Assembly (NCBI GenBank): GCA_965223545.1
Contig: OZ245006.1
Coordinates: 5,472,001 to 5,536,000 of the forward strand
Origin: Planctomycetota bacterium
GTDB taxonomy: Bacteria; Planctomycetota; UBA1135; UBA2386
Direction of reading: 5' to 3'
DNA length: 64,000 bases
The stretch's first letter is position 1. Each line of letters begins with the position of its first letter. Shown in pieces: positions 8,968 through 18,276 of the stretch. The notes below the pieces were generated by a model, which did not search any database, was not told the DNA's origin, and saw only the letters and a program-made list of their open reading frames with translations. Both the position numbers and the translations under genes were made by a program.

Positions 8968-11900
8968 AGTTTTCGCTCGGGCAGCAGCCGTACGCGGGCA
9001 ACGACTCGGTCGCGCCGACGAACTCGATCGTCGACGTCGACGGGCAGCGCTTCCATCGCATCGACGGTGTCGATGCGATGCCGCCGTTCTTCCTCACCGT
9101 GGTCAGCGGCGGTGACCGGTGGCTGTACGCGACCAGTCGCGGCGTGTTGACGGCTGGCCGCCGCAGCCCGACGGCGGCGTTGTTCCCGTATGAGACCGAC
9201 GGCAGGTTGCTGGCCGGCGACGCCAGCGCGGGACCGCGCACGGTCGTGTTCGCCACCGCTGCCGACGGCGCGACGCGCCGCTGGGAACCGCAGCGCTACG
9301 CCGGCGACGGGGTCTACCGGCTGCGTCGCTCGTTGGCGAAGAGCACGCTGGGTGACGAGCTGCGGCTCGAAGAGCGCAATCTCGACTTGGGCCTCACCAT
9401 GCGTCAGAGCTGGCGCAGCGGCCGGCGTTTCGGTTTCGTGCGCTCGGCGGAGATCCACAACGAGGGCGACGCGCCGGTCCGGCTGCGCCTGCTCGATGGC
9501 TTGGTCTCGGTGATGGCCGCCGACATCGATCGCGGCATGCAAGCCCACCTGAGCACGTTGGTCGACGCGTATCGGCTGACCGAGTGGGTGGCGGACGGCG
9601 GCGTCGCCCTGTTCCGCCTGAACTCGATTCCGGTCGATCGCGCAACGCCCAACGAAGCGTTGCGCGCGCACGCTGCGTGGTTGCGTGGCCTGCCGGCACC
9701 GACGGTGCTGCTGTCCGCACGGCAGCTCGACGCCTTCCGCCGCGGTGGTGACGTGATGCCGGAGCGCACCGCGCGCGGCGTGCCCGGCGCACTCCTGGTG
9801 GTCAGCGAGTTCGAGCTGCGGCCCGGCGAGCGCCGGCAGTGGTTGTGCGGGGTCGACGGCGCGCTCGACGCCGCGGGCGTAGTCGCGCTGTGCGACGCGC
9901 TTGGACCCGCACCGGAGCTCGGGCAGGATCTGCGGCGTGCGATCGCGGAGGATCTCGACGAGGATCGGCAGCGCCTGGTCGCGCACTTGGTCGGCGCCGA
10001 CGGCGTGCAGCACAGCGGCGACGGAATCGAGGACGCGCGGCACTGCGCCAACACGCTCAACAACATCCTGCGTGGTGGCACATTCGTGGACCGCGGCGAT
10101 GTCTGCGCGGAGGACTTCGCTCGCTACCTCCGCGAGGTGGCTCCGCAGATCGCCGCGCGGGTCTCGCTGGCCAGCCTGCCGGCGCGTCTGGCTCGCAGTG
10201 AGCTCGTCGCCGCGGCTGCAGCCAGCGGCGACGTCGACTACGAGCGGCTTGCGGTGGAATACCTGCCGCTCACCTTCAGCCGCCGCCACGGCGATCCCAG
10301 CAGGCCGTGGAACGACTTCTGCATCGACACCCACGACGACGATGGCGGTCCTCGGTTTCGATACGAGGGCAACTGGCGCGACATCTTCCAGAACTGGGAA
10401 GCGCTGCTGCACAGCTATCCCGCCTACGTCGAGGCGGCGATCGTCAAGTTCGCCAACGCCTCCACCGCCGACGGCTACAACCCCTACCGGATCAGCCGCG
10501 AAGGCGTCGACTGGGAGGTACCGGACGCCGACGACCCGTGGGCGCACATCGGCTACTGGGGTGATCATCAGATCGTCTATCTGCAGCGCTTGCTGCGGCT
10601 CGCCGAAGAGGTGGCGCCCGGGCGGCTGGCTGCGTTGCTGCGCCGGCCAGTGTTCGTGTTCGTCGACGTGCCGTACCGAATCGCCGACTACGACGCGCTG
10701 CTGCGCAACCCGTTCGAGACGATCGCGTTCGACGCCGATCGGGATCGAGAGATCCGCGCCGCGGTGGCGGTCCTCGGCAACGAGGCTCGGCTGGTCCGCG
10801 GGGGGGCGGGTCCGGAGGGCGAGGCAGTGCCGCGGCGCGCCACGCTGGCCGAGAAGCTGCTGATCCCGGTGCTGGCCAAGCTCGGCAACTTCGTCGCCGG
10901 CGGCGGCATCTGGCTGAACACCCAGCGCCCCGAATGGAACGACGCCAACAACGCGCTGGTCGGCCGCGGTGTCTCGGTCGTCACGGCGGCGCACTTGTCG
11001 TGCCACGTCGGTGCGCTGCGGCGGTTGGTCGCGAGCGCCGGCGACACCCCCGTGGGGATCGCGCGCGCCGTGGTCGTTCACCTGCGCGCCGTGCGCTCCG
11101 CGTTCGCCGAGCATCACGACGTGCTTTCGGCGGCGACGCCCGCTGGCCGCCGTGCGCTGCTGGATGCGCTCGGCCGCGCCGCATCGGAATACCGCGCCGC
11201 GACCTACCGGGGAGACGTGGGCGCGAGGCTCGACCTCGATGTCGCCGAGGTGCACGGTTTCTTGGAGGAGGCGCAGGCGTGGTTGACCGCGACCGTGCGC
11301 GCCAACCGCCGCGCCGACGGGCTGTTGCACGCCTACAACCGGCTGAGTCTGCAGGCGGATGGCGGCATCGCGATCGAGAGGCTGCCAGTGATGCTCGAGG
11401 GCCAAGTCGCGGCACTGGCGTCGGGTGCGCTGACGCCAATCGAGGCGGCGGACCTCCTCGACGCGCTGCGCGCCAGCCCGCTGTGGCGCGACGATCTCGG
11501 CACCTACATGCTCTACCCCGACCGCCCGACGGTCTCCCTGCTCGACCGCGGCGTCATCCCGCCGGCAGCGCTCGATCGGCTGTCGCTGCTGCGCGCTCTG
11601 CTCGATGCCGGCGATCGGCGGATCCTGCGGCGGGACGCCCGCGGCGTGGTTCGCTTTGCGCCCGCCCACCGCAACCGCGGTTGTTTGCAGCGCGCGCTGG
11701 CCGAGCTGGCGGCGACGGCGCCGGCCATGGCCGAGCTGATCGGCGAGCAGGGCGACGCGCTGCTCGAGCTCTACGACGACGTGTTCGAGCACGCGGCGTT
11801 CACCGGGCGCTCATGCACGTTCTTCGGCTACGAGGGCCTGGGCAGCGTGTACTGGCACATGGTCTCCAAGCTGCGGCTGGCCGTGCTCGAAACTCTGGCG

Positions 11901-12341
11901 GCGACCGATCCGGCCTCACCCGCCGTGCCGCGGCTCCAAGCACACGCGCGCGCCTTGCGCGAGGGCTTGGGCGTCGGCCGCTCGCCGGCCGAGTACGGCG
12001 CTCTGCCGTCCGATCCGTACTCGCACACGCCGGCGCACGGCGGTGCGCGGCAGCCGGGGATGACCGGTCAGGTTAAAGAAGACCTGGTCGCCCGCCGGCT
12101 GGAGCTGGGGGTGCGCTTCGAGGAGGGGGCGGTCCGCTTTGTCGCCAGCGACCAGGGGCCGGTGCGCTTCTCGGTGTGTGGCGTGCCGGTCGAGCGCACA
12201 GGCGGCGACGGGCCGCCGGAGGTGGTCGTCACCCTCGCCGATGGCGCGGTGGTGCGGTTCGAGGACGGCCGTCTGGACCCGCAGCTGTCCGCGTCGCTGT
12301 TGGCGCGCGACGGCCGCATCGCGCGCATCGACGTGCGCTGA
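8964..12341 (+). CDS. GH149-like beta-1,3-glucan phosphorylase
   Basis: About 1125 aa. Motifs FSRRHGDPSRPWN, YEGNWRDIFQNWEAL, DGYNPYRI, GYWGDHQI, NTQRPEWNDANNALVG, YEGLGSVYWHMVSKL and DPYSHTP...QPGMTGQVKED match my recollection of GH149. ATG overlaps the GH16 stop. Confidence 0.82.
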   Translation: MKFSLGQQPYAGNDSVAPTNSIVDVDGQRFHRIDGVDAMPPFFLTVVSGGDRWLYATSRGVLTAGRRSPTAALFPYETDGRLLAGDASAGPRTVVFATAADGATRRWEPQRYAGDGVYRLRRSLAKSTLGDELRLEERNLDLGLTMRQSWRSGRRFGFVRSAEIHNEGDAPVRLRLLDGLVSVMAADIDRGMQAHLSTLVDAYRLTEWVADGGVALFRLNSIPVDRATPNEALRAHAAWLRGLPAPTVLLSARQLDAFRRGGDVMPERTARGVPGALLVVSEFELRPGERRQWLCGVDGALDAAGVVALCDALGPAPELGQDLRRAIAEDLDEDRQRLVAHLVGADGVQHSGDGIEDARHCANTLNNILRGGTFVDRGDVCAEDFARYLREVAPQIAARVSLASLPARLARSELVAAAAASGDVDYERLAVEYLPLTFSRRHGDPSRPWNDFCIDTHDDDGGPRFRYEGNWRDIFQNWEALLHSYPAYVEAAIVKFANASTADGYNPYRISREGVDWEVPDADDPWAHIGYWGDHQIVYLQRLLRLAEEVAPGRLAALLRRPVFVFVDVPYRIADYDALLRNPFETIAFDADRDREIRAAVAVLGNEARLVRGGAGPEGEAVPRRATLAEKLLIPVLAKLGNFVAGGGIWLNTQRPEWNDANNALVGRGVSVVTAAHLSCHVGALRRLVASAGDTPVGIARAVVVHLRAVRSAFAEHHDVLSAATPAGRRALLDALGRAASEYRAATYRGDVGARLDLDVAEVHGFLEEAQAWLTATVRANRRADGLLHAYNRLSLQADGGIAIERLPVMLEGQVAALASGALTPIEAADLLDALRASPLWRDDLGTYMLYPDRPTVSLLDRGVIPPAALDRLSLLRALLDAGDRRILRRDARGVVRFAPAHRNRGCLQRALAELAATAPAMAELIGEQGDALLELYDDVFEHAAFTGRSCTFFGYEGLGSVYWHMVSKLRLAVLETLAATDPASPAVPRLQAHARALREGLGVGRSPAEYGALPSDPYSHTPAHGGARQPGMTGQVKEDLVARRLELGVRFEEGAVRFVASDQGPVRFSVCGVPVERTGGDGPPEVVVTLADGAVVRFEDGRLDPQLSASLLARDGRIARIDVR

Positions 12342-12398
12342 TGCGCGCGCAAGCGCAGAGGTGTGGCGTGGCGAGCGCCTTCGCGCTGTGATGCAGCA

Positions 12399-14192
12399 AT
12401 GCTCCGTGCCACCGCCGTCGCGTGTGTCCTCGCTGCTCTGCCGGCGCAAAAGGGTCTGGTGATCGTCGCCGTCGGCGATGCCAGCGCGCGCGCCGGGGAA
12501 GGCGCAAGCGCCGCGTGGCCGCAGCGCGTCGAGCAACTCTGCCGGGGAAAGCCCGCCGTGATCGGTCCGGTCTTGCTCGATCGGACGGCAGCGGGGCGCA
12601 CGTCGCGTGATGTGGTCGAGCTGTTGGCCGACGGCGGCACCGGCGACGTCCTGGCCCTGCAGCTGGGGGGTGCCGATGCGCTGGTCGAGGTCGATGCCGG
12701 CGCCAGCGAGCCGCGCGTCGCGCGCGCGGCCTTCGCCGCCAACCTCAGCGGCATCGTCGCCGGCTATGGCCAGCGCTGTGCACCGTTGTTGATCACGCCG
12801 TCGCCCCTGCGGTGGACGCCGGAGCTGCGCGCGCGCTACGGCCGCGCACCGTACGATGCCGGTGACGAACGTGGACTCGACGTCGTGCTCAGCACCTACG
12901 CCGCCGAAGTGCGCGATCTCGCCGCGCGCACCGGCACGCCGCTGGTGGACGTGCACCGGGCGTTCTCGCGCCGCGACCGCTTTGCCGGCCACGCTGCCGC
13001 CGACTGGCTGCGCGATGGGTTGCACCCCAACGACACCGGTCAGCAAGTGATCGCCCACCTCGTCGCGCATGGCGTGTTCGCGCAGCGAAAGCTCGGGCTG
13101 CAGCCACGGCCGCGGCCGGACTACTCGATCCCGGTGCTCGACCTGAGTCGGCAGCGCCACCGGCAGGTGATCGTCGACCGCGAGGCCGGGCAATACCTCG
13201 GTCATCCGACGACGGTGTTGCTCGAGGACGGCTCGACGATGCTGGCGGTCTATCCCAAGGGCCACGGCCGTGGCGCGATCCAGCTCAAGCGCTCGACCGA
13301 CGGTGGCCGGACGTGGAGCGAGCGGCTGTCGACGCCGGCGAGTTGGGCGACGTCGAAGGAGACGCCGACGATCCACCGCGTCGTCGATGCGGAGGGGACG
13401 CGCCGGCTAGTGCTGTTCTCCGGGCTGTACCCGATCCGCATGGCGGTGTCGGAGGACGATGGCGAGAGCTGGTCGGAGCTCGCGCCGATCGGCGACTACG
13501 GCGGCATCGTCGCGATGGGCTGCGTGATCCCGACCACGACCGCGGGGCGCTACCTCGCCCTGTTCCACGATGATGGCCGCTTCATCGCCAACGCCGGGCG
13601 CGACGCCGGCCCGGCGCGGTTCGCGGTCTACCAGGTGGAGAGCGTGGACGGGGGGCTGACGTGGAGTGCGCCGCGGTCGATCGCCAGCGGTGCGCCGCAC
13701 CACTGCGAGCCCGGCTTCGTGCGCTCGCCCGATGGCAAGACGCTGGCCGTGCTGCTGCGCGAGAACAGCCGCCGTTGGAACAGCCACGTGATCTTCTCCA
13801 CCGACGAGGGCGCGACGTGGAGTGCGCCGCGCGAGCTGCCGGGCGCGTTGACCGGCGACCGGCACGTCGCGCGCTACGCACCCGACGGCCGTCTGTTCGT
13901 CACCTTCCGCGACCGCACTCTGGTCAGCCCGACGTGGGGCGACTGGGTTGCGTGGGTCGGGACTTGGGACGATCTGGTCGCGGGCGGCGAGGGCCAGTAC
14001 CGCGTGCGGCTGATGGACAACCACAAGAGCGCGGACTGCGCTTACCCGGGGCTCGAGCTCTTGCCGGACGGGACCTTCGTGACCACGACGTACGGACACT
14101 GGCGCCGCGGCGAGGAACCGTACGTGGCCAGCGTCCGGCTGCGTATGGAGGAACTCGACGCGTTGGCGAGCGACCCGCGCGAGCTGCGCTGA
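12399..14192 (+). CDS. Secreted SGNH/GDSL-like domain fused to a BNR/Asp-box (sialidase-like) propeller
   Basis: N-domain AVGDAS...DGLHPN; C-domain with Asp-boxes STDGGRTWS, SEDDGESWS, SVDGGLTWS and STDEGATWS, plus DCAYPG. Confidence 0.8.
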   Translation: MLRATAVACVLAALPAQKGLVIVAVGDASARAGEGASAAWPQRVEQLCRGKPAVIGPVLLDRTAAGRTSRDVVELLADGGTGDVLALQLGGADALVEVDAGASEPRVARAAFAANLSGIVAGYGQRCAPLLITPSPLRWTPELRARYGRAPYDAGDERGLDVVLSTYAAEVRDLAARTGTPLVDVHRAFSRRDRFAGHAAADWLRDGLHPNDTGQQVIAHLVAHGVFAQRKLGLQPRPRPDYSIPVLDLSRQRHRQVIVDREAGQYLGHPTTVLLEDGSTMLAVYPKGHGRGAIQLKRSTDGGRTWSERLSTPASWATSKETPTIHRVVDAEGTRRLVLFSGLYPIRMAVSEDDGESWSELAPIGDYGGIVAMGCVIPTTTAGRYLALFHDDGRFIANAGRDAGPARFAVYQVESVDGGLTWSAPRSIASGAPHHCEPGFVRSPDGKTLAVLLRENSRRWNSHVIFSTDEGATWSAPRELPGALTGDRHVARYAPDGRLFVTFRDRTLVSPTWGDWVAWVGTWDDLVAGGEGQYRVRLMDNHKSADCAYPGLELLPDGTFVTTTYGHWRRGEEPYVASVRLRMEELDALASDPRELR

Positions 14193-14204
14193 CGAGCGGT
14201 CGCC

Positions 14205-15755
14205 TCAGCGCAGCTGCAACTGCAGTGCGTTGGCAAGGCCGATCGGCTGGGTCGCGCTCGGCTGGCCATCGAGCAGCAGCCCCTGCACGTAGAACACGGC
14301 GCCGGTGAGGGCCGGTGAGTTGGGGATCGCGAGCACCGCGCTGGCGGGGTTGCCGGGGCCGCCGAACGGCGTCGTGCCGGCGACGATCGCCGGCGGAGGC
14401 GCCAACGACAGCAGCAGCTCGCCCGCCGGCCCCTGCATGCCGAGCCCCTGGACGGCGACGCCGCAGGGGAACGCCGGTGTCGGCTGGCCGCCCACCGCCA
14501 AGAACGGTTGCGCCCCGGCGGTTTGGCTGCCGGTGGGGTTGTCGATCGCGAAGGTCAGCGCGGCGCCGGGCTGCGGCGTGCCGGCCGCCAGCTGCATGCT
14601 GCCGTCGGGGTTGATGCCGCAGCCTCCGGGAAACGCGCCGACCGGCGCGAAGCGGAAGTCCGAGATGATGACTTCGGCGGTCTGGCCGTTGCTCGGGCCG
14701 CCGCCGCCGTTGATCCACAGGTTGAAGCGGAACTGCTCGCGGCCGGCCGGGGGCACCGACAGGAAGCGCAGCGGCTGGTGCCGGAACGTCCAGCGATGGA
14801 CTTCGCTGCCCGCCGGGATCGAATACGGAGCGTGCCGGCCGCGGGCGACGGCGAACTCGATCTGGGAAGGCTCCCAGGTGAAGAAGCGGGTCAGCGTCGG
14901 CGCACCGGCGAGGTCGGGCGTCACGTAGCGGGAGAGCGCGCCGGCGTTGGTGAACGGCTGCACCACGCACTGCGAGTTGGTCAAGCTGGCGGGGTTGCCC
15001 CAGCGCGAGTCCTCGAAGTCGATTTCGCGGTAGGGCCACTCCGGGATCGTCGTGTCATCGCCGTACGGGTCCCAAGTGAAGGCACCGAAGGTGAGGAAGT
15101 GGTCGAGGTCCTCGACCTCCGACTCGGTCGTGAACCAGTACGTGCCGTAGCCGAGCGACTCCTGCAGCACCACTTCCGTGCATGTCCAGCCGCTGCGGGT
15201 GCGGCGCACGGTCAGGTGCAGCCGGCCTTGCGCATCGACCCAAACGTCGCCGGGTTGGCTCGAGAACAGATTGCCGCCGGGGCCGACCGGCAGGTTGGCT
15301 TGCTTGACGTGCCACGTGCGGCCGGCGAAGTCCACCGTGCGCCCGGTGCGCGTGCGATAGGTCAAAGCGAGGCTCTGCAGCGACGCGGGCACCTGACCGC
15401 TGCCGGCGGCGAGTGGTGCGATGACGCCGGGCCCGAGCAGCGCGGCGCAGTAGATCGTCGCGAATGCGTCGACGCCGCCGGTGACCACGTTGGTCGAGAA
15501 CGTGCCGTTGGCCTGGATCGGGATGTTGGGATTGGCGCCGCCGGGCTTGCTCCACCAGCCGGCGCCGTCGATGTAGATGTAGACGGCGACGGCATGCGTC
15601 GCGGGATTGACACCGCTGACCGAGCCGAACAATCCTCCCGGTGAGCCGAAGGCGGGCACGCCGGTGATCGAGATGGACGGCTGCGCGGCCGCGGTGGCCG
15701 CGAGGACGGCGGTCGCGAAGAATGGTGTTCGGAGACGAGGCACGCAGGGAATCAT
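14205..15755 (-). CDS. Secreted GH16-like/concanavalin-fold protein with conserved C-terminal domain
   Basis: Signal peptide; VWVD.QGRLHL, SLGYGTY.F and REIDFEDSRWG; C-terminal YVQGLLLD...LANALQL. Confidence 0.65.
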   Translation of the reverse strand: MIPCVPRLRTPFFATAVLAATAAAQPSISITGVPAFGSPGGLFGSVSGVNPATHAVAVYIYIDGAGWWSKPGGANPNIPIQANGTFSTNVVTGGVDAFATIYCAALLGPGVIAPLAAGSGQVPASLQSLALTYRTRTGRTVDFAGRTWHVKQANLPVGPGGNLFSSQPGDVWVDAQGRLHLTVRRTRSGWTCTEVVLQESLGYGTYWFTTESEVEDLDHFLTFGAFTWDPYGDDTTIPEWPYREIDFEDSRWGNPASLTNSQCVVQPFTNAGALSRYVTPDLAGAPTLTRFFTWEPSQIEFAVARGRHAPYSIPAGSEVHRWTFRHQPLRFLSVPPAGREQFRFNLWINGGGGPSNGQTAEVIISDFRFAPVGAFPGGCGINPDGSMQLAAGTPQPGAALTFAIDNPTGSQTAGAQPFLAVGGQPTPAFPCGVAVQGLGMQGPAGELLLSLAPPPAIVAGTTPFGGPGNPASAVLAIPNSPALTGAVFYVQGLLLDGQPSATQPIGLANALQLQLR

Positions 15756-15768
15756 AGCGCCGGCCGCG

Positions 15769-17040
15769 TCACCGCATGCCGATGGTCACGTCGAGCGCGT
15801 TGGTCAGCTGCACGCCGGCGATGTCGACCGCGAACGCCTGCGCGCACAGGGTGCCGCCGGCCAGTGCGCAGCGCGGCGGGATCGGCAGCGCGAAGGGGTT
15901 GCCCGCCGGCACGGCGACGATCAGGGCCGGCGTCGGGCTGCACAGCAGCGTGCCCCACGGCGTCGGTGCGTTGGTCGTGCCCGGCGACAGCAAGAGCCAG
16001 TCGGTGGCCGCGGTCGGGGCGAACGCCGCGTGATCGACCCACGGATTCCAGACCGCGCCGATCTCGGGCGGCGTCGTCCCCGGGCGCAGCGCGGTCGGGT
16101 TGGGTGGTGTCCCGGCGCGCACCAGCTGGGCTGCGGCGAACGGCCCCCCAAAGAGGCAGTCGGCCCAGGCCGGCTGGTCGACGAAGGGGTTGCGGTTGCG
16201 CTGGAATCCGAACACCACGTCGTTGCGCCGCCGCTCGAACGCATCGACCGGATCGGCGCGGTGCCAAGCCAGCAGTGTGCTGCGCAACCCGAAGTAGGCG
16301 GTGGTCAAGTTCTGGCCGGTCTGCGAGGCGGCGATCGCGACCTTGTCGTCGCTGACGATGAGATCGGGCTCGACCGCGCCGGTGCTGCCGTGGCGGCCGC
16401 CCTCGTAGCGCACGTCCATGTAGAACACCGCGCGGGCGACGTCGCCGCGCCGGTCGCGCCACTGCTGCCAGACCCCGCCGACCGAGGAGCCGGAGTACCA
16501 GTTGCTGTTGCCGGGGTAGACGCCCGCGCCGCCGCCCTGGCCGTTGTTGTTCAGCGTCGGTCGCTCGCTGCACGCCGCGGTGCACTGCTCGTACAGCCGG
16601 CTGCCGCGGGTGCCGTTGTAGCCGATGTCGCTCAGCATCAGCGCGTGGCAATCGGTGAACGGGTAGTTGTTGGTGACCAGGTTGGGGAAGCCGTAGCTGC
16701 GCGGCCAGATGTGATCGCGGTCGTAGAACGTGTTGCCGCCGCGCTGCTTGGGGTAGCTGGCGTTGCGGTTCACGTCGATGATGTTGAGCGCGTTGCCGGG
16801 GTCTTGCTGCGCGGAGGCCAGGATGTCCCAGGTGTCCGTGCTGCCCGCGGTGTACGGAAACCAGGTGTGGTCGTCGATCGCCGCGTGCAGCGAGGCGCGC
16901 AGCGCGGCGATGCTCGACTCGTCGATCCCCGCGTAGTAGCCCGCGGGCTGGGCGACGAGAGGACTTGCGGCGAGCACGGCGAAGAGCGCGGCGTTGGCGC
17001 GGCGGGCGATGAGGGCGGAGTTCGCTCTTGGGCGCGGCAT
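15769..17040 (-). CDS. Secreted endonuclease I family (Bsn-like) nuclease with conserved C-terminal domain
   Basis: YDRDHIWPRSYG, TDCHAL, RGDVARAVFYMDVRYEG and LLAWH.ADPVD..E.RRND.V...QRNRNPFVD. Confidence 0.88.
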   Translation of the reverse strand: MPRPRANSALIARRANAALFAVLAASPLVAQPAGYYAGIDESSIAALRASLHAAIDDHTWFPYTAGSTDTWDILASAQQDPGNALNIIDVNRNASYPKQRGGNTFYDRDHIWPRSYGFPNLVTNNYPFTDCHALMLSDIGYNGTRGSRLYEQCTAACSERPTLNNNGQGGGAGVYPGNSNWYSGSSVGGVWQQWRDRRGDVARAVFYMDVRYEGGRHGSTGAVEPDLIVSDDKVAIAASQTGQNLTTAYFGLRSTLLAWHRADPVDAFERRRNDVVFGFQRNRNPFVDQPAWADCLFGGPFAAAQLVRAGTPPNPTALRPGTTPPEIGAVWNPWVDHAAFAPTAATDWLLLSPGTTNAPTPWGTLLCSPTPALIVAVPAGNPFALPIPPRCALAGGTLCAQAFAVDIAGVQLTNALDVTIGMR

Positions 17041-17120
17041 GGGGCGGCGATCTTCGCGGGTCCGCGCGCGCTTGCAAAGGGGGCCGTGGTAGCGTGGAGG
17101 CCCGGCCACAGGCCTTCGCC

Positions 17121-18218
17121 ATGCAGATCGGCACGATCCAAGTCGACGCCCCGTTCTTCCAAGCCGCCCTCAGCGGCTACAGCGACTACGCCATGCGCGC
17201 GGTGGCTCGGGCCCACGGCGCGCCGCTCGCGCTGCACGAGGTGATCGTCGACCGGCTGGTGCTGCAGGCCGGGGTCGAGCGCCGGCGCGCGCTGGCCGTG
17301 CGCGACGACGACCACCCGGTCGGCGGTCAGCTCATGGGCGCCGAGCCCGCCGCCTTCGGCAAGGCTGCCGCGGCGATGGTCGAGGCCGGCTACGACTTCG
17401 TCGACGTCAACTTCGGCTGCCCCGTGCCCAAAGTGCTCGGCCGCTGCCGCGGCGGCTTCCTGCTGGGCGAGCCGCCGACCGCGCTGCGCATCGTCGATGC
17501 CGTGCTGGACGCCGCGGCCGGTCGCGTGCCGGTGACGCTGAAGATGCGCCGCGGCATGGACGCTTCGCCTGGGGCCGAAGCCGCCTTCTTTGAGATCCTC
17601 GATGGCGCGTTCGCGCGAGGCGTCGCGGCGATCACCGTGCACGGCCGCAGCGTGCGCCAGCGCTACCGGGGGCCGAGCGATTGGGGTTTTCTCACGCGCG
17701 CCGTGCGCCACGCCGGCAGCCATCCGGTCTTCGGCAGTGGCGACGTGTTCGGACCGTTCGCCGTGCAGCGCATGCTGGCAGAGACCGGGGTCGCCGGGGT
17801 CTCGGTGGCGCGCGGGTGCATCGGCAATCCGTTCGTGTTTGGGCAGGCGCGGGCGCTGCTGGGTGGCGGCGCGCCGCAGAAGCCGACGCTCGCGCAACAG
17901 CGCGCGGCGATCGAGCAGCACTGGCGCGTCGTGCAGGCGATTTACGCCGAGCGGCGGCGCGTGGGTGCGCTGCGCCGGCACGGGATCAAGTACGCGCGCC
18001 TGCACCCCGAGCCGGTGTGGGCGCGGGATCGGTGGGTGAGTGTGCGGGGTGGCGATGCGCTCGGTCCGGTGTTGAGGGAGTGCTACGACGAGTCGCGGTT
18101 TGGCAGGGGTGGGGGTCCGTTGTCCGTGGACATGGCGGGGGACCATGCTGGGTACTGCGGTGGAGAGGCGCCGGCCGTGCGGTCCGCAGGCGGTTCGGTT
18201 CGTGCAGAATTCAGTTGA
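17121..18218 (+). CDS. dus: tRNA-dihydrouridine synthase (DusB-like)
   Basis: AALSGYSD, QLMG, DVNFGCPVPKV, PVTLKMRRG, ITVHGRS..QRYRG, GSGDV and ARGCIGNPFVF. Confidence 0.93.
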   Translation: MQIGTIQVDAPFFQAALSGYSDYAMRAVARAHGAPLALHEVIVDRLVLQAGVERRRALAVRDDDHPVGGQLMGAEPAAFGKAAAAMVEAGYDFVDVNFGCPVPKVLGRCRGGFLLGEPPTALRIVDAVLDAAAGRVPVTLKMRRGMDASPGAEAAFFEILDGAFARGVAAITVHGRSVRQRYRGPSDWGFLTRAVRHAGSHPVFGSGDVFGPFAVQRMLAETGVAGVSVARGCIGNPFVFGQARALLGGGAPQKPTLAQQRAAIEQHWRVVQAIYAERRRVGALRRHGIKYARLHPEPVWARDRWVSVRGGDALGPVLRECYDESRFGRGGGPLSVDMAGDHAGYCGGEAPAVRSAGGSVRAEFS

Positions 18219-18276
18219 GCACGGTGGTGGAGCGTTGCGTTGTGCTTTCCCTGCTCGTTCGTGACACGCGCCCGGT

